Shown here: one piece after another, positions 9,182 through 16,904 of the stretch | How the letters are laid out: every line of letters starts with the position of its first letter | Numbering within the stretch: position 1 is the stretch's first letter | From: a virus | Reading direction: 5' to 3' (one strand) | Virus record (IMG/VR): IMGVR_UViG_3300000116_000126 | Span: 1-29,482 of that record | Length of the DNA stretch: 29,482 nucleotides | Position numbers and translations under genes: made by a program | Notes under the pieces: model-generated | Database searches by the model: none | What the model was told of the DNA's origin: nothing | The model's input: only the letters and a program-made list of their open reading frames with translations

Positions 9182-9435
9182 CTTCTATTCTGTATGTGTG
9201 TTAAATCTTTTTGGTACGCTAAGAAGTTAAAGCATTCGTTTACCGATAACTCTAACACCTCATCAAATTTTAATATATCGCCATTTGCTAAATTATAAAT
9301 TAAACTGTACCAGCCATATTTTTCGTTAAATTGTTCTTCTTCTGTCTTAAAAGTTTGCGCCTCTCTCGCCTCGACAGGCTCTTTGAATAAACTTGCGTAG
9401 TGGCTATGTAGTCCGTTGCGATAGTCAAAAAAAAA
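9178..9435 (-). other. -1 frame continuation (82 sense codons plus TGA) entered at the T9 run
   Basis: Hand-translated as DYRNGLHSHYASLFKEPVEAREAQTFKTEEEQFNEKYGWYSLIYNLANGDILKFDEVLELSVNECFNFLAYQKDLTHIQNRR. It has no Met, no stop, and ends in an ATGA overlap with the next gene at 9178..9181. Confidence 0.6.
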
Positions 9436-9950
9436 CTAGCAGCACCATTAACAGTATCTACGCTAAGATTGTCTTTAAATATCTTTGCTCGTTTCTTAGC
9501 AGTTCTAAAGTCATAATCTTCTACCTTATACTTATCACCCTTTTGTTCTGTGATAGGTCTGTATAGTATAGCCATTACACTATCCATAGCACTCCAGCCA
9601 TCGCCTAACTTATTATCTAAATCTACAAACTCTTTTAACTTTAGTTCGTGTAGGTTAGGGTGGAAACCATAATCTATACCATCTATTGTGATAACTAAGT
9701 TAAGGTCTTTGTTAGCTTCGTTCTCCATTAGCTTACCTAGTTGCTCCATTACTGCATCTATATCTGACTTCTTACAACCTTGTAATAGTTTCTTAGGTGC
9801 ATTAGTAAAAGCACTAATAGTAGCTATTGTCTTTTCTAAATCATCTTCAACACCATCTACGCTTAACATAAAGTCCATATACTTACCAAGAGATACTTGC
9901 GACCAGCTTGTAGGTATTGCGTAATTGATGTTGTTAATAACTAAATCCAT
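9300..9950 (-). CDS. Hypothetical protein, zero-frame product (216 aa), possibly tail-assembly-chaperone-like
   Basis: ORF starting after the terL-proximal hairpin. It contains a T9 run on the coding strand at 9427..9435. After that run the zero frame gives an odd basic tail, SLSRRERRKLLRQKKNNLTKNMAGTV. Confidence 0.55.
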   Translation of the reverse strand: MDLVINNINYAIPTSWSQVSLGKYMDFMLSVDGVEDDLEKTIATISAFTNAPKKLLQGCKKSDIDAVMEQLGKLMENEANKDLNLVITIDGIDYGFHPNLHELKLKEFVDLDNKLGDGWSAMDSVMAILYRPITEQKGDKYKVEDYDFRTAKKRAKIFKDNLSVDTVNGAASFFLTIATDYIATTQVYSKSLSRRERRKLLRQKKNNLTKNMAGTV

Positions 9951-10024
9951 ACTATAAAATATAAAAGTTAAAATTTGAGTATAATTGCAACGTTTTGTTA
10001 ATTAAGATTGTTTGTTTGTAAAAG

Positions 10025-10052
10025 AGAGTAGTTGTTTAGCTACTCTTTTTTT
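10025..10052. terminator. Hairpin abutting the terL stop codon
   Basis: The stem pairs agagtag (10025..10031) with ctactct (10040..10046). It is followed by T7 on the plus strand but only CTTTT on the minus (coding) strand. Confidence 0.4.
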
Positions 10053-11358
10053 ATTGTATATAGTAAACACCTTGTGGCTTTAGTTCATAGTACATTCGCA
10101 TAGCCAAAGCATCACTAAAGTCAGGAGAACGACCAATAGCATTCTTTACCTCATCTTTACTTATCAGTTGTAGCTTAGTATCTTTGTCAAAGTTCTTGCG
10201 CCTTACTTGCTCTAATTCTTGCACTATAAAGTTCTTGTACGTTATGTTAGTGCAGTTAATATATAGCTTAGACTTATTTAGAGCATCGCTAAGGGCATAA
10301 TAGCATTGCGTCTTTAGATTGATATAGTTTTCTTTTTTAAGTGCCTTAGAATTGTTTACAAAGCCTTTGCATCTCAATATGTCCTTAACACCACCACCCA
10401 CACCATCATCATCGACTATAATATTACCTAGTGCTACATTGTAGTTTCTCTGTATGGTGCGTATCTCATCTGCTGCTTGTGTTACGCTATTAGTGTCTAG
10501 CACCTTAAAGTATTCGGCTCTTAGTCCGTTCCAATAGATTATTACTGTCTTATCTTTACCAAACCTTGCGATGTCAGCAGTAATGTATCCTATGCCACTT
10601 GGTGTATCATCTAATTCAAATGCGCCTAGTATAGCATTATAGTCTATTAGCTTATCTTCGCTATCATCATACTCCCAATTACCATATAGCAGTCGTTGCT
10701 TACTGATGTGGTCTAGTTTCTCTAGCTGGTCTTTGTAATGCTTAGAAACGTGCTTATTATCGGTTACTAGCGATTGTATGAACTTGCGATATGGTAGTAA
10801 TCTATTCTCTTTATGTGGTTTGTAGAACGTGCTATATACCCATTCCTTACTTGGGTTGCAAGTCATAAGCACCTTTGGTATTAGATTGTATTGGTCTAGC
10901 TTATATCTTATCCTACTGCTTACTATCTGCTTTGCTTTCTCTGTTATTTGGTTGCACTCATCTATAAATGCAGCAGTAAGTTCTAATGAACCTAGACTAT
11001 CGAAGTTCCTATCTGATGGGTATTGGAATAAGTCTTTTAGTATAACCTCTGAACCATTGTAAAACGTAATGATGTTGCTTGATGCATTGTATTTGTAGTG
11101 TGTGTTGGCTTCTATCCCCCATTGGCTACATACATCAAAGAAAGTGTTTAGTGTGGTTTTCTTTAGGCTGTCTAGCTTACTACGACCTATCATACATCTG
11201 ATGCCATCGTGTGAGGTGCATAGCCATATTATCCAAGCACACCCCAAGAAACTCTTACCACCACCAGCAGCACCACCATACAGTACTTCTGTTGTGGTCT
11301 TGTCTGTTAGGTAGTCAATCGCTAACCATTGTTTATCCGTTAGTTTCGCTTTCATCAT
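10051..11358 (-). CDS. terL: Terminase large subunit
   Basis: 435-aa ORF. Walker A-like motif YGGAAGGGKSF near the N-terminus and acidic nuclease-half motifs (IIVDDDGVGGG). It directly follows a small HTH protein. Confidence 0.85.
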   Translation of the reverse strand: MMKAKLTDKQWLAIDYLTDKTTTEVLYGGAAGGGKSFLGCAWIIWLCTSHDGIRCMIGRSKLDSLKKTTLNTFFDVCSQWGIEANTHYKYNASSNIITFYNGSEVILKDLFQYPSDRNFDSLGSLELTAAFIDECNQITEKAKQIVSSRIRYKLDQYNLIPKVLMTCNPSKEWVYSTFYKPHKENRLLPYRKFIQSLVTDNKHVSKHYKDQLEKLDHISKQRLLYGNWEYDDSEDKLIDYNAILGAFELDDTPSGIGYITADIARFGKDKTVIIYWNGLRAEYFKVLDTNSVTQAADEIRTIQRNYNVALGNIIVDDDGVGGGVKDILRCKGFVNNSKALKKENYINLKTQCYYALSDALNKSKLYINCTNITYKNFIVQELEQVRRKNFDKDTKLQLISKDEVKNAIGRSPDFSDALAMRMYYELKPQGVYYIQ

Positions 11359-11704
11359 CTCGCATTAGAGTTATTGTAATAGGCTTAAACTCTCCTGATA
11401 CATCTAACTCTTGTTTCTCTACATAACCTCGCTTCTTACCTTTGGTCTTTAGGTAGAAGATTGTGGCTTGTGTTTTACCTTTGCCTATCTGCTTATGTAG
11501 TTGGCTCTCTGCAAAGTCTATCGCTACATCATCAATACTCTTAACTGCTAACTTATATGCTTCATCTTCTTTGAGCCATCTATAATGTGTTTCTCTTGTA
11601 ATATTAACTAACTTACAAGCTGATGTAACTACTCCCAATGTTTTCTCTAATGCTTCTAGCATCGCTATCTTACCTTTCTCTGTTCTATCTTGCATAGGTG
11701 TCAT
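11333..11704 (-). CDS. terS: Terminase small subunit (HTH type)
   Basis: 123 aa. The motif LEALEKTLGVVTSACKLVNITRETHYRWLKEDEAYKLAV is typical of HTH small terminases. It overlaps the terL start by 26 nt. Confidence 0.65.
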   Translation of the reverse strand: MTPMQDRTEKGKIAMLEALEKTLGVVTSACKLVNITRETHYRWLKEDEAYKLAVKSIDDVAIDFAESQLHKQIGKGKTQATIFYLKTKGKKRGYVEKQELDVSGEFKPITITLMRDDESETNG

Positions 11705-11713
11705 ATTTTGTAA

Positions 11714-12154
11714 TTATTTACCACACAAGGCGCATACTATTTTGTCCTTTGGTTGTGGTTCTTCTTCTTCTTGATTGTTATATATATCATCTTCATTGAG
11801 CCATACATCTAAACCCCAATCTTCTAATTCTACACTATCCCATTCATTAGCTAGTATATCCCAATCCCAATCGCCAAAGCCTAAGTTGTCTTTAATTATA
11901 AACTCTTGCTTTTGTTTCTCTGTTAGTTTGTCTGCTCTTATTATATTTACTTCTGTATGTCCTAACTCTACTATTGCTTTGTATCGCATATTGCCACCAA
12001 GTATATACCCTTTGTCATCTACTACGATAGGTCTTAGCTTTAGCATTTCAGGAAAGTCTTGTATAGATTGCTTTAGCTTTTCAAACTTAGCTTTATTTAC
12101 AAGTCTAGGATTGATAGGGTTATTGCGTATGCTATTAATAGGTACTTGTTCCAT
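11714..12154 (-). CDS. ParB-like nuclease domain protein
   Basis: 146 aa. INSIRNNPINPR...LRPIVVDDKGYILGGNMRYKAIVELG matches the ParB N-terminal (ParBc) signature. Confidence 0.7.
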   Translation of the reverse strand: MEQVPINSIRNNPINPRLVNKAKFEKLKQSIQDFPEMLKLRPIVVDDKGYILGGNMRYKAIVELGHTEVNIIRADKLTEKQKQEFIIKDNLGFGDWDWDILANEWDSVELEDWGLDVWLNEDDIYNNQEEEEPQPKDKIVCALCGK

Positions 12155-12413
12155 TGTACTTAAATATCTTATTGTTTATTCTATCTATGTCGCTTTGTTC
12201 TTCGTTCAGATGCTTTTGCCTTTTAAGTTCAAAGTTAAGATGGTCTATTGCCTTTTGTATGTCCTTAGATATATCGTTGTCTTGTTTCTTACCAGCTCTC
12301 ATAAGGTAGGCTAGTGCTACTCCTAAGTTATAACTGTTGCCACAAAAGTCCTCTATGACTTCGTGCGCTTCCATTTTGTAGTAAGTTCCTTTGTAGTAAT
12401 TTGGTGTGTTCAT
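12135..12413 (-). CDS. DUF3310-like protein
   Basis: PNYYK...EAHEVIEDF...NLGVALAYLMRAGKK...DISKDIQKAIDHLNFEL fits DUF3310. I chose the ATG at 12411..12413 because it forms an ATGA overlap with the upstream stop, instead of the track start at 12470. Confidence 0.6.
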   Translation of the reverse strand: MNTPNYYKGTYYKMEAHEVIEDFCGNSYNLGVALAYLMRAGKKQDNDISKDIQKAIDHLNFELKRQKHLNEEQSDIDRINNKIFKYNGTSTY

Positions 12414-12622
12414 AATGTTTCTACTATCTTTTTTATTCCTTGATAACAAGTGTTTATGCAACTGCTGCAATTAGATGTTGTCTTGTATCCTGTTCTATGT
12501 ATCTCGTTGTATAGCGTTATTAGTTCTGCTTTAGCATTTCTATTCTGCGCTACACCTGTCTTGCATAGTTCCCACACATCTAATATGCGTTTCTTTTGTT
12601 CTTCTGTTATAGGTGTTTCCAT
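12410..12622 (-). CDS. Hypothetical small protein (70 aa)
   Basis: ORF in the operon, with a C-terminal Cys cluster SNCSSCINTC. Confidence 0.45.
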   Translation of the reverse strand: METPITEEQKKRILDVWELCKTGVAQNRNAKAELITLYNEIHRTGYKTTSNCSSCINTCYQGIKKIVETL

Positions 12623-12861
12623 TTTCCTTTAGGGCATTTCTCTGATTTCCAACTTGCTTTAGTTTCTATTGGGCAACCACATAGGCTGCACTCTACATCA
12701 GGTGTAAGGTGTGGGCATCGTGAGCAGATGTATGTTCTATCATAGTATGTTGTTACATCTACGTTCTCAAAACCCCCTAACACTCTCTTGCTGACTGCTT
12801 TGAGATAGTTATAGGTCTTTACCATCAAGTTTGGAGTGTCCATTTTCTTTCTGTTGTCCAT
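12607..12861 (-). CDS. Zinc-ribbon-like small protein (84 aa)
   Basis: Cys pattern CSRCPH...CSLCGCPIETKASWKSEKCPKGKW. The true start may be an internal Met. Confidence 0.45.
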   Translation of the reverse strand: MDNRKKMDTPNLMVKTYNYLKAVSKRVLGGFENVDVTTYYDRTYICSRCPHLTPDVECSLCGCPIETKASWKSEKCPKGKWKHL

Positions 12862-13036
12862 ATCTATACAATTTAATAATTCCTATTGGTGCGTGTTCAT
12901 CGCTTAGTACTATATCTACATCATCAAAAGTCATTTCATCTAGGTTTATTATGTATTCTAATTGTCCTAGTTCGTCATAACATTCTATGATGCTCAATCC
13001 ATAGCCTACTAATCGTTGTAAATCATCATAAATCAT
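12809..13036 (-). CDS. Small, strongly acidic protein (75 aa)
   Basis: ORF directly downstream of the sigma-like gene. The first ~50 residues are very D/E-rich (DDLQ, ECYDELGQLEYIINLDEMTFDDVDIVLSDEH). Confidence 0.4.
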   Translation of the reverse strand: MIYDDLQRLVGYGLSIIECYDELGQLEYIINLDEMTFDDVDIVLSDEHAPIGIIKLYRYGQQKENGHSKLDGKDL

Positions 13037-13547
13037 TACGCTTTTCTTTTAATCTATCTTTTATATATTCTTTTACTTTCTTTATTGTTATGTAGATATT
13101 CATTCTGCTTATCTTGGTCTTTTTACTAAGGCTAGAATAGGTATATTTTCTGCCATCATTATCACCAAGTACATACAGTCTAAATAGTTCTCTATCATAC
13201 CAATACAACTCTGACAGAATTTCATTAATCCTATCAGCATCTTGTATAAAATATAAATCTTCTGCTTTTTGTTTTAATCCTAGCTTCATTAAATCATCAT
13301 CAAAGCTAACATCTTTGTATGCTCTATTGTATTTGTAGTAGTATCTTGATGTCTTAGAATAGTAGTTATTCTTGCATAGCCTTATAAAGTAGTACTTAAT
13401 CTTTTTATCTCTTATAAGTTGCTCTAGCTTTTCGGTATCTTCGCATAGATATATAAATACCTCTTGGGTAACATCATCTAAGTCTTTTGCTGGTATGAAG
13501 TTCGCAGCAGTATCTTTCAGTTGTGTAAATAGTTCATTATCAATCAC
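13026..13547 (-). CDS. ECF-like sigma-70 family sigma factor (phage-encoded)
   Basis: 173 aa. Region-2-like DDVTQEVFIYLCE...YFIRLCKNNYY and a region-4-like HTH, RELFRLYVLGD...YTYSSLSKKTKISRMNIYITIKKVKEYIKDRL. GTG is the only possible start in this frame. Confidence 0.55.
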   Translation of the reverse strand: MIDNELFTQLKDTAANFIPAKDLDDVTQEVFIYLCEDTEKLEQLIRDKKIKYYFIRLCKNNYYSKTSRYYYKYNRAYKDVSFDDDLMKLGLKQKAEDLYFIQDADRINEILSELYWYDRELFRLYVLGDNDGRKYTYSSLSKKTKISRMNIYITIKKVKEYIKDRLKEKRNDL

Positions 13548-13609
13548 ATAGCATTATACGCAAAAAAGAATATAAGTTTATAGGTGTTGATAAATAGTTA
13601 TGAACTAAG

Positions 13610-14464
13610 TTATAAACCACAGTAACCACTATCACAATCAGTAAAATCATCATCAAATAGTTGAATTTGATTAAAACTATTTTTTATGTCTTTATATTTT
13701 ATTTCACTTTTAAATCTAGCCTTATTACTATCGTATGTTTTTTCTTCCTGTTTAATAAACCAATCAAATTTTTTTTCTTCTTTATTGCTCATATGTTTTA
13801 ACATAATAGTATTTCTATGAAAGCAACCAACACAATTATTAGCATAGGCAAATCTTACAGGCTTATCTATCCAATATTGCTCTATGTTATCTTTAAATAT
13901 AGCATCTTTAATTAATGGAAATGTAGGAACTCTGTAAGGTATTGTTTCCCATTTGTTTCTACCATTCTTAGATTTTTCCCAAGTACCTTTCATATATTGA
14001 ATGCCGTTTGTACATCTTTCTAGCATAGCTTTGGCTCTGCGTTGTTCGTTTGCTCTAAAGCCTATACGCATCTCAACAGGCTCTTGATTAAACTTATCAG
14101 CCCACCAATAAAATATAGGCTTAATCTTCATCTCAATAGTGCAAAATCTTTGCACCTTATTAGGTAAGTAAACCTTATCGCCTCTTTTTATTACCTCATC
14201 AAATGTTTTGCCACTTATCCAATCTATCTTTTGTCCTATGTATTGCTCTAGGTCTAGCATAGTATATATTATAGTATCTTGCTCTAAAGTACCTATAAAT
14301 TCTTTGCCTATCTTGTCACTTACTACTTGTCTTATTTTTTTGTCTGGGAATAGACAATCTTTGTCGTCTGTTCTAACTAGTGCAAATACATTAGCATCAG
14401 CAGGATAGTGTGCTGCTATGTAACTTGATGTTTTACCACCACTTAATGAGTTTACTGTTTTCAT
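13610..14464 (-). CDS. PAPS-reductase family (PP-loop) protein
   Basis: 284 aa. N-terminal PP-loop SLSGGKTSS, an FCTIEMKIKP motif (compare CC..RK..P in CysH), Cys pairs NNCVGCFH and DCDSGYCGL, and a C-terminal CGL like the ECGLH end of CysH. Confidence 0.7.
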   Translation of the reverse strand: MKTVNSLSGGKTSSYIAAHYPADANVFALVRTDDKDCLFPDKKIRQVVSDKIGKEFIGTLEQDTIIYTMLDLEQYIGQKIDWISGKTFDEVIKRGDKVYLPNKVQRFCTIEMKIKPIFYWWADKFNQEPVEMRIGFRANEQRRAKAMLERCTNGIQYMKGTWEKSKNGRNKWETIPYRVPTFPLIKDAIFKDNIEQYWIDKPVRFAYANNCVGCFHRNTIMLKHMSNKEEKKFDWFIKQEEKTYDSNKARFKSEIKYKDIKNSFNQIQLFDDDFTDCDSGYCGL

Positions 14465-14859
14465 AATAAATCTTTTACTTTCTGTTTGTATATTTCTATC
14501 AGATATTCTAAGTCAGTCTTTGAGTATTTAACAGATTTGTGGCTAAGTTGTATTATTTCTTCTGCTTCGTGTTCGCCTATCTCACTACACAATCTTCTGT
14601 AAAAGCGTATCTTTTCACCCTCCGAATAAATATTACACTTTACACACTGTGGGCGACAATTATGCTCGTGCCATCTCGTGCTAGTATGTTTCCTAGACTG
14701 CATATGACCATTTTGCATCTCTTTAACGTGCTTGACTACACCACAAGTATAACACTCTACCATTCCATTATCATCAGCGTAAGCCCACCGAATGTATTGG
14801 CTAAAGTGTTTGTCTAGTTCTTTTTTAAGTTGTGCGTGTGTTTTTGCCTTTTTAGCCAT
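14461..14859 (-). CDS. ninG: NinG/Rap-like recombination endonuclease
   Basis: 132 aa. FSQYIRWAYADDNGMVECYTCG...QNGHMQSRKHTSTRWHEHNCRPQCVKCN matches the NinG Cys/His pattern. Confidence 0.65.
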   Translation of the reverse strand: MAKKAKTHAQLKKELDKHFSQYIRWAYADDNGMVECYTCGVVKHVKEMQNGHMQSRKHTSTRWHEHNCRPQCVKCNIYSEGEKIRFYRRLCSEIGEHEAEEIIQLSHKSVKYSKTDLEYLIEIYKQKVKDLL

Positions 14860-14954
14860 TCTTTATATTGTTTATCAGTTCTATGTTGAAAGTATAGCGT
14901 AAGTCCTGTATATGCTATCGCTAGTATCAATGCTATTAAATATATCTCTCTCAT
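14814..14954 (-). CDS. Small single-TM ORF (46 aa)
   Basis: Hand-translated as MREIYLIALILAIAYTGLTLYFQHRTDKQYKEWLKRQKHTHNLKKN. ATGA overlap with the upstream stop, and a 46-nt overlap with the ninG-like gene. Confidence 0.3.
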   Translation of the reverse strand: MREIYLIALILAIAYTGLTLYFQHRTDKQYKEWLKRQKHTHNLKKN

Positions 14955-15343
14955 TTTAATCTCTTTGCTTTGTTAATAGTTTCAGCTATTGCCTTTTGTC
15001 CTTGCTTGTGTAATTGGAATGCAGTTAGTCTGTTCTGCCCTCTCATTCTTATTTCATTTTGCTTGTGGTCATTAATCCATACAGACCAAGTACGCACATT
15101 AACAAAAGCACTTGTACCTTGTTCAGGATTGCGTAAGCCTATATCGAATGCAAACTTAATTTCTTCCATAGTTAAATTAGTATGGTAATTTATCAAGTCA
15201 TAGTACAAGAGTTGTGCCATTCCTAACATCTGTTGTTTGTCAGGCTTTTGCCCTAGTGCAGCATAACACATACCCACTAGGTCGACACTATCTTCTTTTA
15301 GTCCATTTATATCACCAGCTTTTAATCTATCAAATATCCTCAT
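14951..15343 (-). CDS. Hypothetical protein (130 aa)
   Basis: ORF in the early operon. No motif recognised. Confidence 0.5.
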   Translation of the reverse strand: MRIFDRLKAGDINGLKEDSVDLVGMCYAALGQKPDKQQMLGMAQLLYYDLINYHTNLTMEEIKFAFDIGLRNPEQGTSAFVNVRTWSVWINDHKQNEIRMRGQNRLTAFQLHKQGQKAIAETINKAKRLK

Positions 15344-15450
15344 TTCTTTTTTTGCGTTTGTATCGTTTGTTATAAGTCATTCTATCCTTTTTGTATTCGT
15401 ACTCCCAACCCATAAGTAGTTTGAATGGTGAGCAAGTTACTAATTTATTT

Positions 15451-16041
15451 TTAGTCATTTAACATCTCGTTTCTAACACTTTGCCAAGTGTCCATTACAT
15501 TATTCTTTTTAGTTCCGAACTTACTTTCGTTCTTACTCCAAGTCTTTAGCCTACGAGCAATATCAAAAGTCTTTTGTAGTTCATACCTTAACCTAGTCTT
15601 TGACTTGTTAGGCTCTGTCCAATAGTCCACAAACGCTTCTAACATCTCTACACTATATAGTTCTTTGAAAGCAGATACCTCTATAATAAACTTATTGCTA
15701 ACTGTATCTAAATTGCGCTTCTTAGGCTTGTCATTAAGCTGGTACGATTTATAGTTTACGACTGTTATGAGAGAGTTTTTAGTAGTGCTTGATATATCTA
15801 TATACCCTTGCGCTTTTAATCTCTGTAAACGCTTGTAAATAGTAGAGGGTTTTAGGTGTAGTTCTTCACTTGCAGTTATCCTACCTGTGATAAACTCACC
15901 CACCTCAACCTTTCTACCATAGACTACATTGGGTGTCGTGTTGGCTTTGAGTATGCACCACACGAACACCTTTAGTAGTTCTGCATCTGCAAATACTCCG
16001 TTATCTAATATCTTACGATGTAGCTTAATGTAGCCTTGCAT
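15451..16041 (-). CDS. Replication initiator or replisome-organizer-like winged-helix protein
   Basis: 196 aa. The N-terminus GYIKLHRKILDNGVFADAELLKVFVWCILKAN...GEFITGRITASEELHLKPSTIYKRLQRLKAQGYI follows the pattern common in phage replication-organizer proteins. Confidence 0.45.
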   Translation of the reverse strand: MQGYIKLHRKILDNGVFADAELLKVFVWCILKANTTPNVVYGRKVEVGEFITGRITASEELHLKPSTIYKRLQRLKAQGYIDISSTTKNSLITVVNYKSYQLNDKPKKRNLDTVSNKFIIEVSAFKELYSVEMLEAFVDYWTEPNKSKTRLRYELQKTFDIARRLKTWSKNESKFGTKKNNVMDTWQSVRNEMLND

Positions 16042-16256
16042 TACTTAGTCAGTTTATATTGTGCGTATCTTACAGGCTCACCAAACTTGTTTTGACTTTT
16101 TAACATTATAGTTTCTATATCATAACCATCTTCTTTTAGTTCAAAGATGCGTGTAGCTAATCTCATAATACTATAATCGAAGAACGCTTGAACAGGAGTT
16201 AATGCACCTACCTCTTGCAGATGTCTTAGTACTTTTTCTTTTTGTGTCAATTTCAT
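16041..16256 (-). CDS. Small winged-helix DNA-binding protein
   Basis: 71 aa. LRHLQEVGALTPVQAFFDYSIMRLATRIFELKEDGYDIET...VRYAQYKL is typical of small phage HTH proteins. Confidence 0.55.
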   Translation of the reverse strand: MKLTQKEKVLRHLQEVGALTPVQAFFDYSIMRLATRIFELKEDGYDIETIMLKSQNKFGEPVRYAQYKLTK

Positions 16257-16260
16257 AATT

Positions 16261-16509
16261 TTATTTGTTAATGGTTTGTTTTACTTCTACAATAATATCC
16301 ATCAGACTATCATAGATAGTTTCTACATCTTCATTATTGTTGGTAAATTTAATAATTTCTTTTTCATATTGGTCTGCTACTTTCAAAAGTCTGTTAAACT
16401 TTAGCTTTACTATCTTGGAGTGTGTACCCTTGAGATTGTATAGCTGCTCGTTAAAGCATCTAAAGGTAGCTATTAGTAATTGTAAATCTATTGTATGTTC
16501 TTTTGTCAT
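16261..16509 (-). CDS. Hypothetical protein (82 aa)
   Basis: ORF in the operon. No motif recognised. Confidence 0.45.
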   Translation of the reverse strand: MTKEHTIDLQLLIATFRCFNEQLYNLKGTHSKIVKLKFNRLLKVADQYEKEIIKFTNNNEDVETIYDSLMDIIVEVKQTINK

Positions 16510-16904
16510 TACGCTAATGCTTTACGAATTTGTATAAGGTCTGATATTGCTCTATCTACCTCATCTAATGCTTGTAGTTCGTTAATACGTTCTATGCGTT
16601 CAGATTTGCTCTTATACTCTGCAAAGACTAAATCAAACGCTTCAATGTATTCAGGATACATCTTAGGGTTTTGTATGTATTGCTTGTGCAGTTTAAGATA
16701 GTGGTAGAAGTTAGTCCTATGCTTACAGAAGTGTGTAGCTAGTTCTGCTGGTTTCATACCACATTCCATAAGAATATTACATATTACCATTCTTGCCATT
16801 ACTTGTTCCTTATGCTTTGTCTTAACATTTATATCTTCTTGCTCGATAGATATATGTTTTGTTGTTATATACATAAGTAGTTCAATCTCTTTTTGTAAAT
16901 CCAT
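16509..16904 (-). CDS. Hypothetical protein with a DnaA C-terminal-like HTH (weak)
   Basis: 131 aa. VMARMVICNILMECGMKPAELATHFCKHRTNFYHYLKLHK resembles DnaA domain IV. Confidence 0.35.
   Translation of the reverse strand: MDLQKEIELLMYITTKHISIEQEDINVKTKHKEQVMARMVICNILMECGMKPAELATHFCKHRTNFYHYLKLHKQYIQNPKMYPEYIEAFDLVFAEYKSKSERIERINELQALDEVDRAISDLIQIRKALA

Noticed and set aside
11775-12314. Plus-strand ORFs from the track, for example 11775..12314 (179 aa), 2757..3236 (159 aa), 20087..20485 (132 aa), 1536..1898 and 28677..29045
   Set aside because: Each lies entirely antisense to a longer minus-strand ORF that carries recognisable motifs. Their products are low-complexity S/L/F/C/T-rich strings, typical of the reverse frame of AT-rich genes, and none has a start context or coupling like the minus-strand genes.
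12414-12470. N-terminal extensions in the track for 12135..12470 and 18961..19722
   Set aside because: The extensions overlap the preceding genes by 61 and 50 nt, encode atypical sequence, and contain internal ATGs that form ATGA or short overlaps with the upstream stops (12411..12413 and 19678..19680). I preferred the shorter models.
15344-15450. 27-codon basic ORF (MGWEYEYKKDRMTYNKRYKRKKRNEDI) in the gap upstream of 14951..15343
   Set aside because: It is very short, highly basic and low-complexity, and has no supporting context beyond an overlap with the next ATG. That is too weak to report as a gene, so the gap may simply be regulatory.
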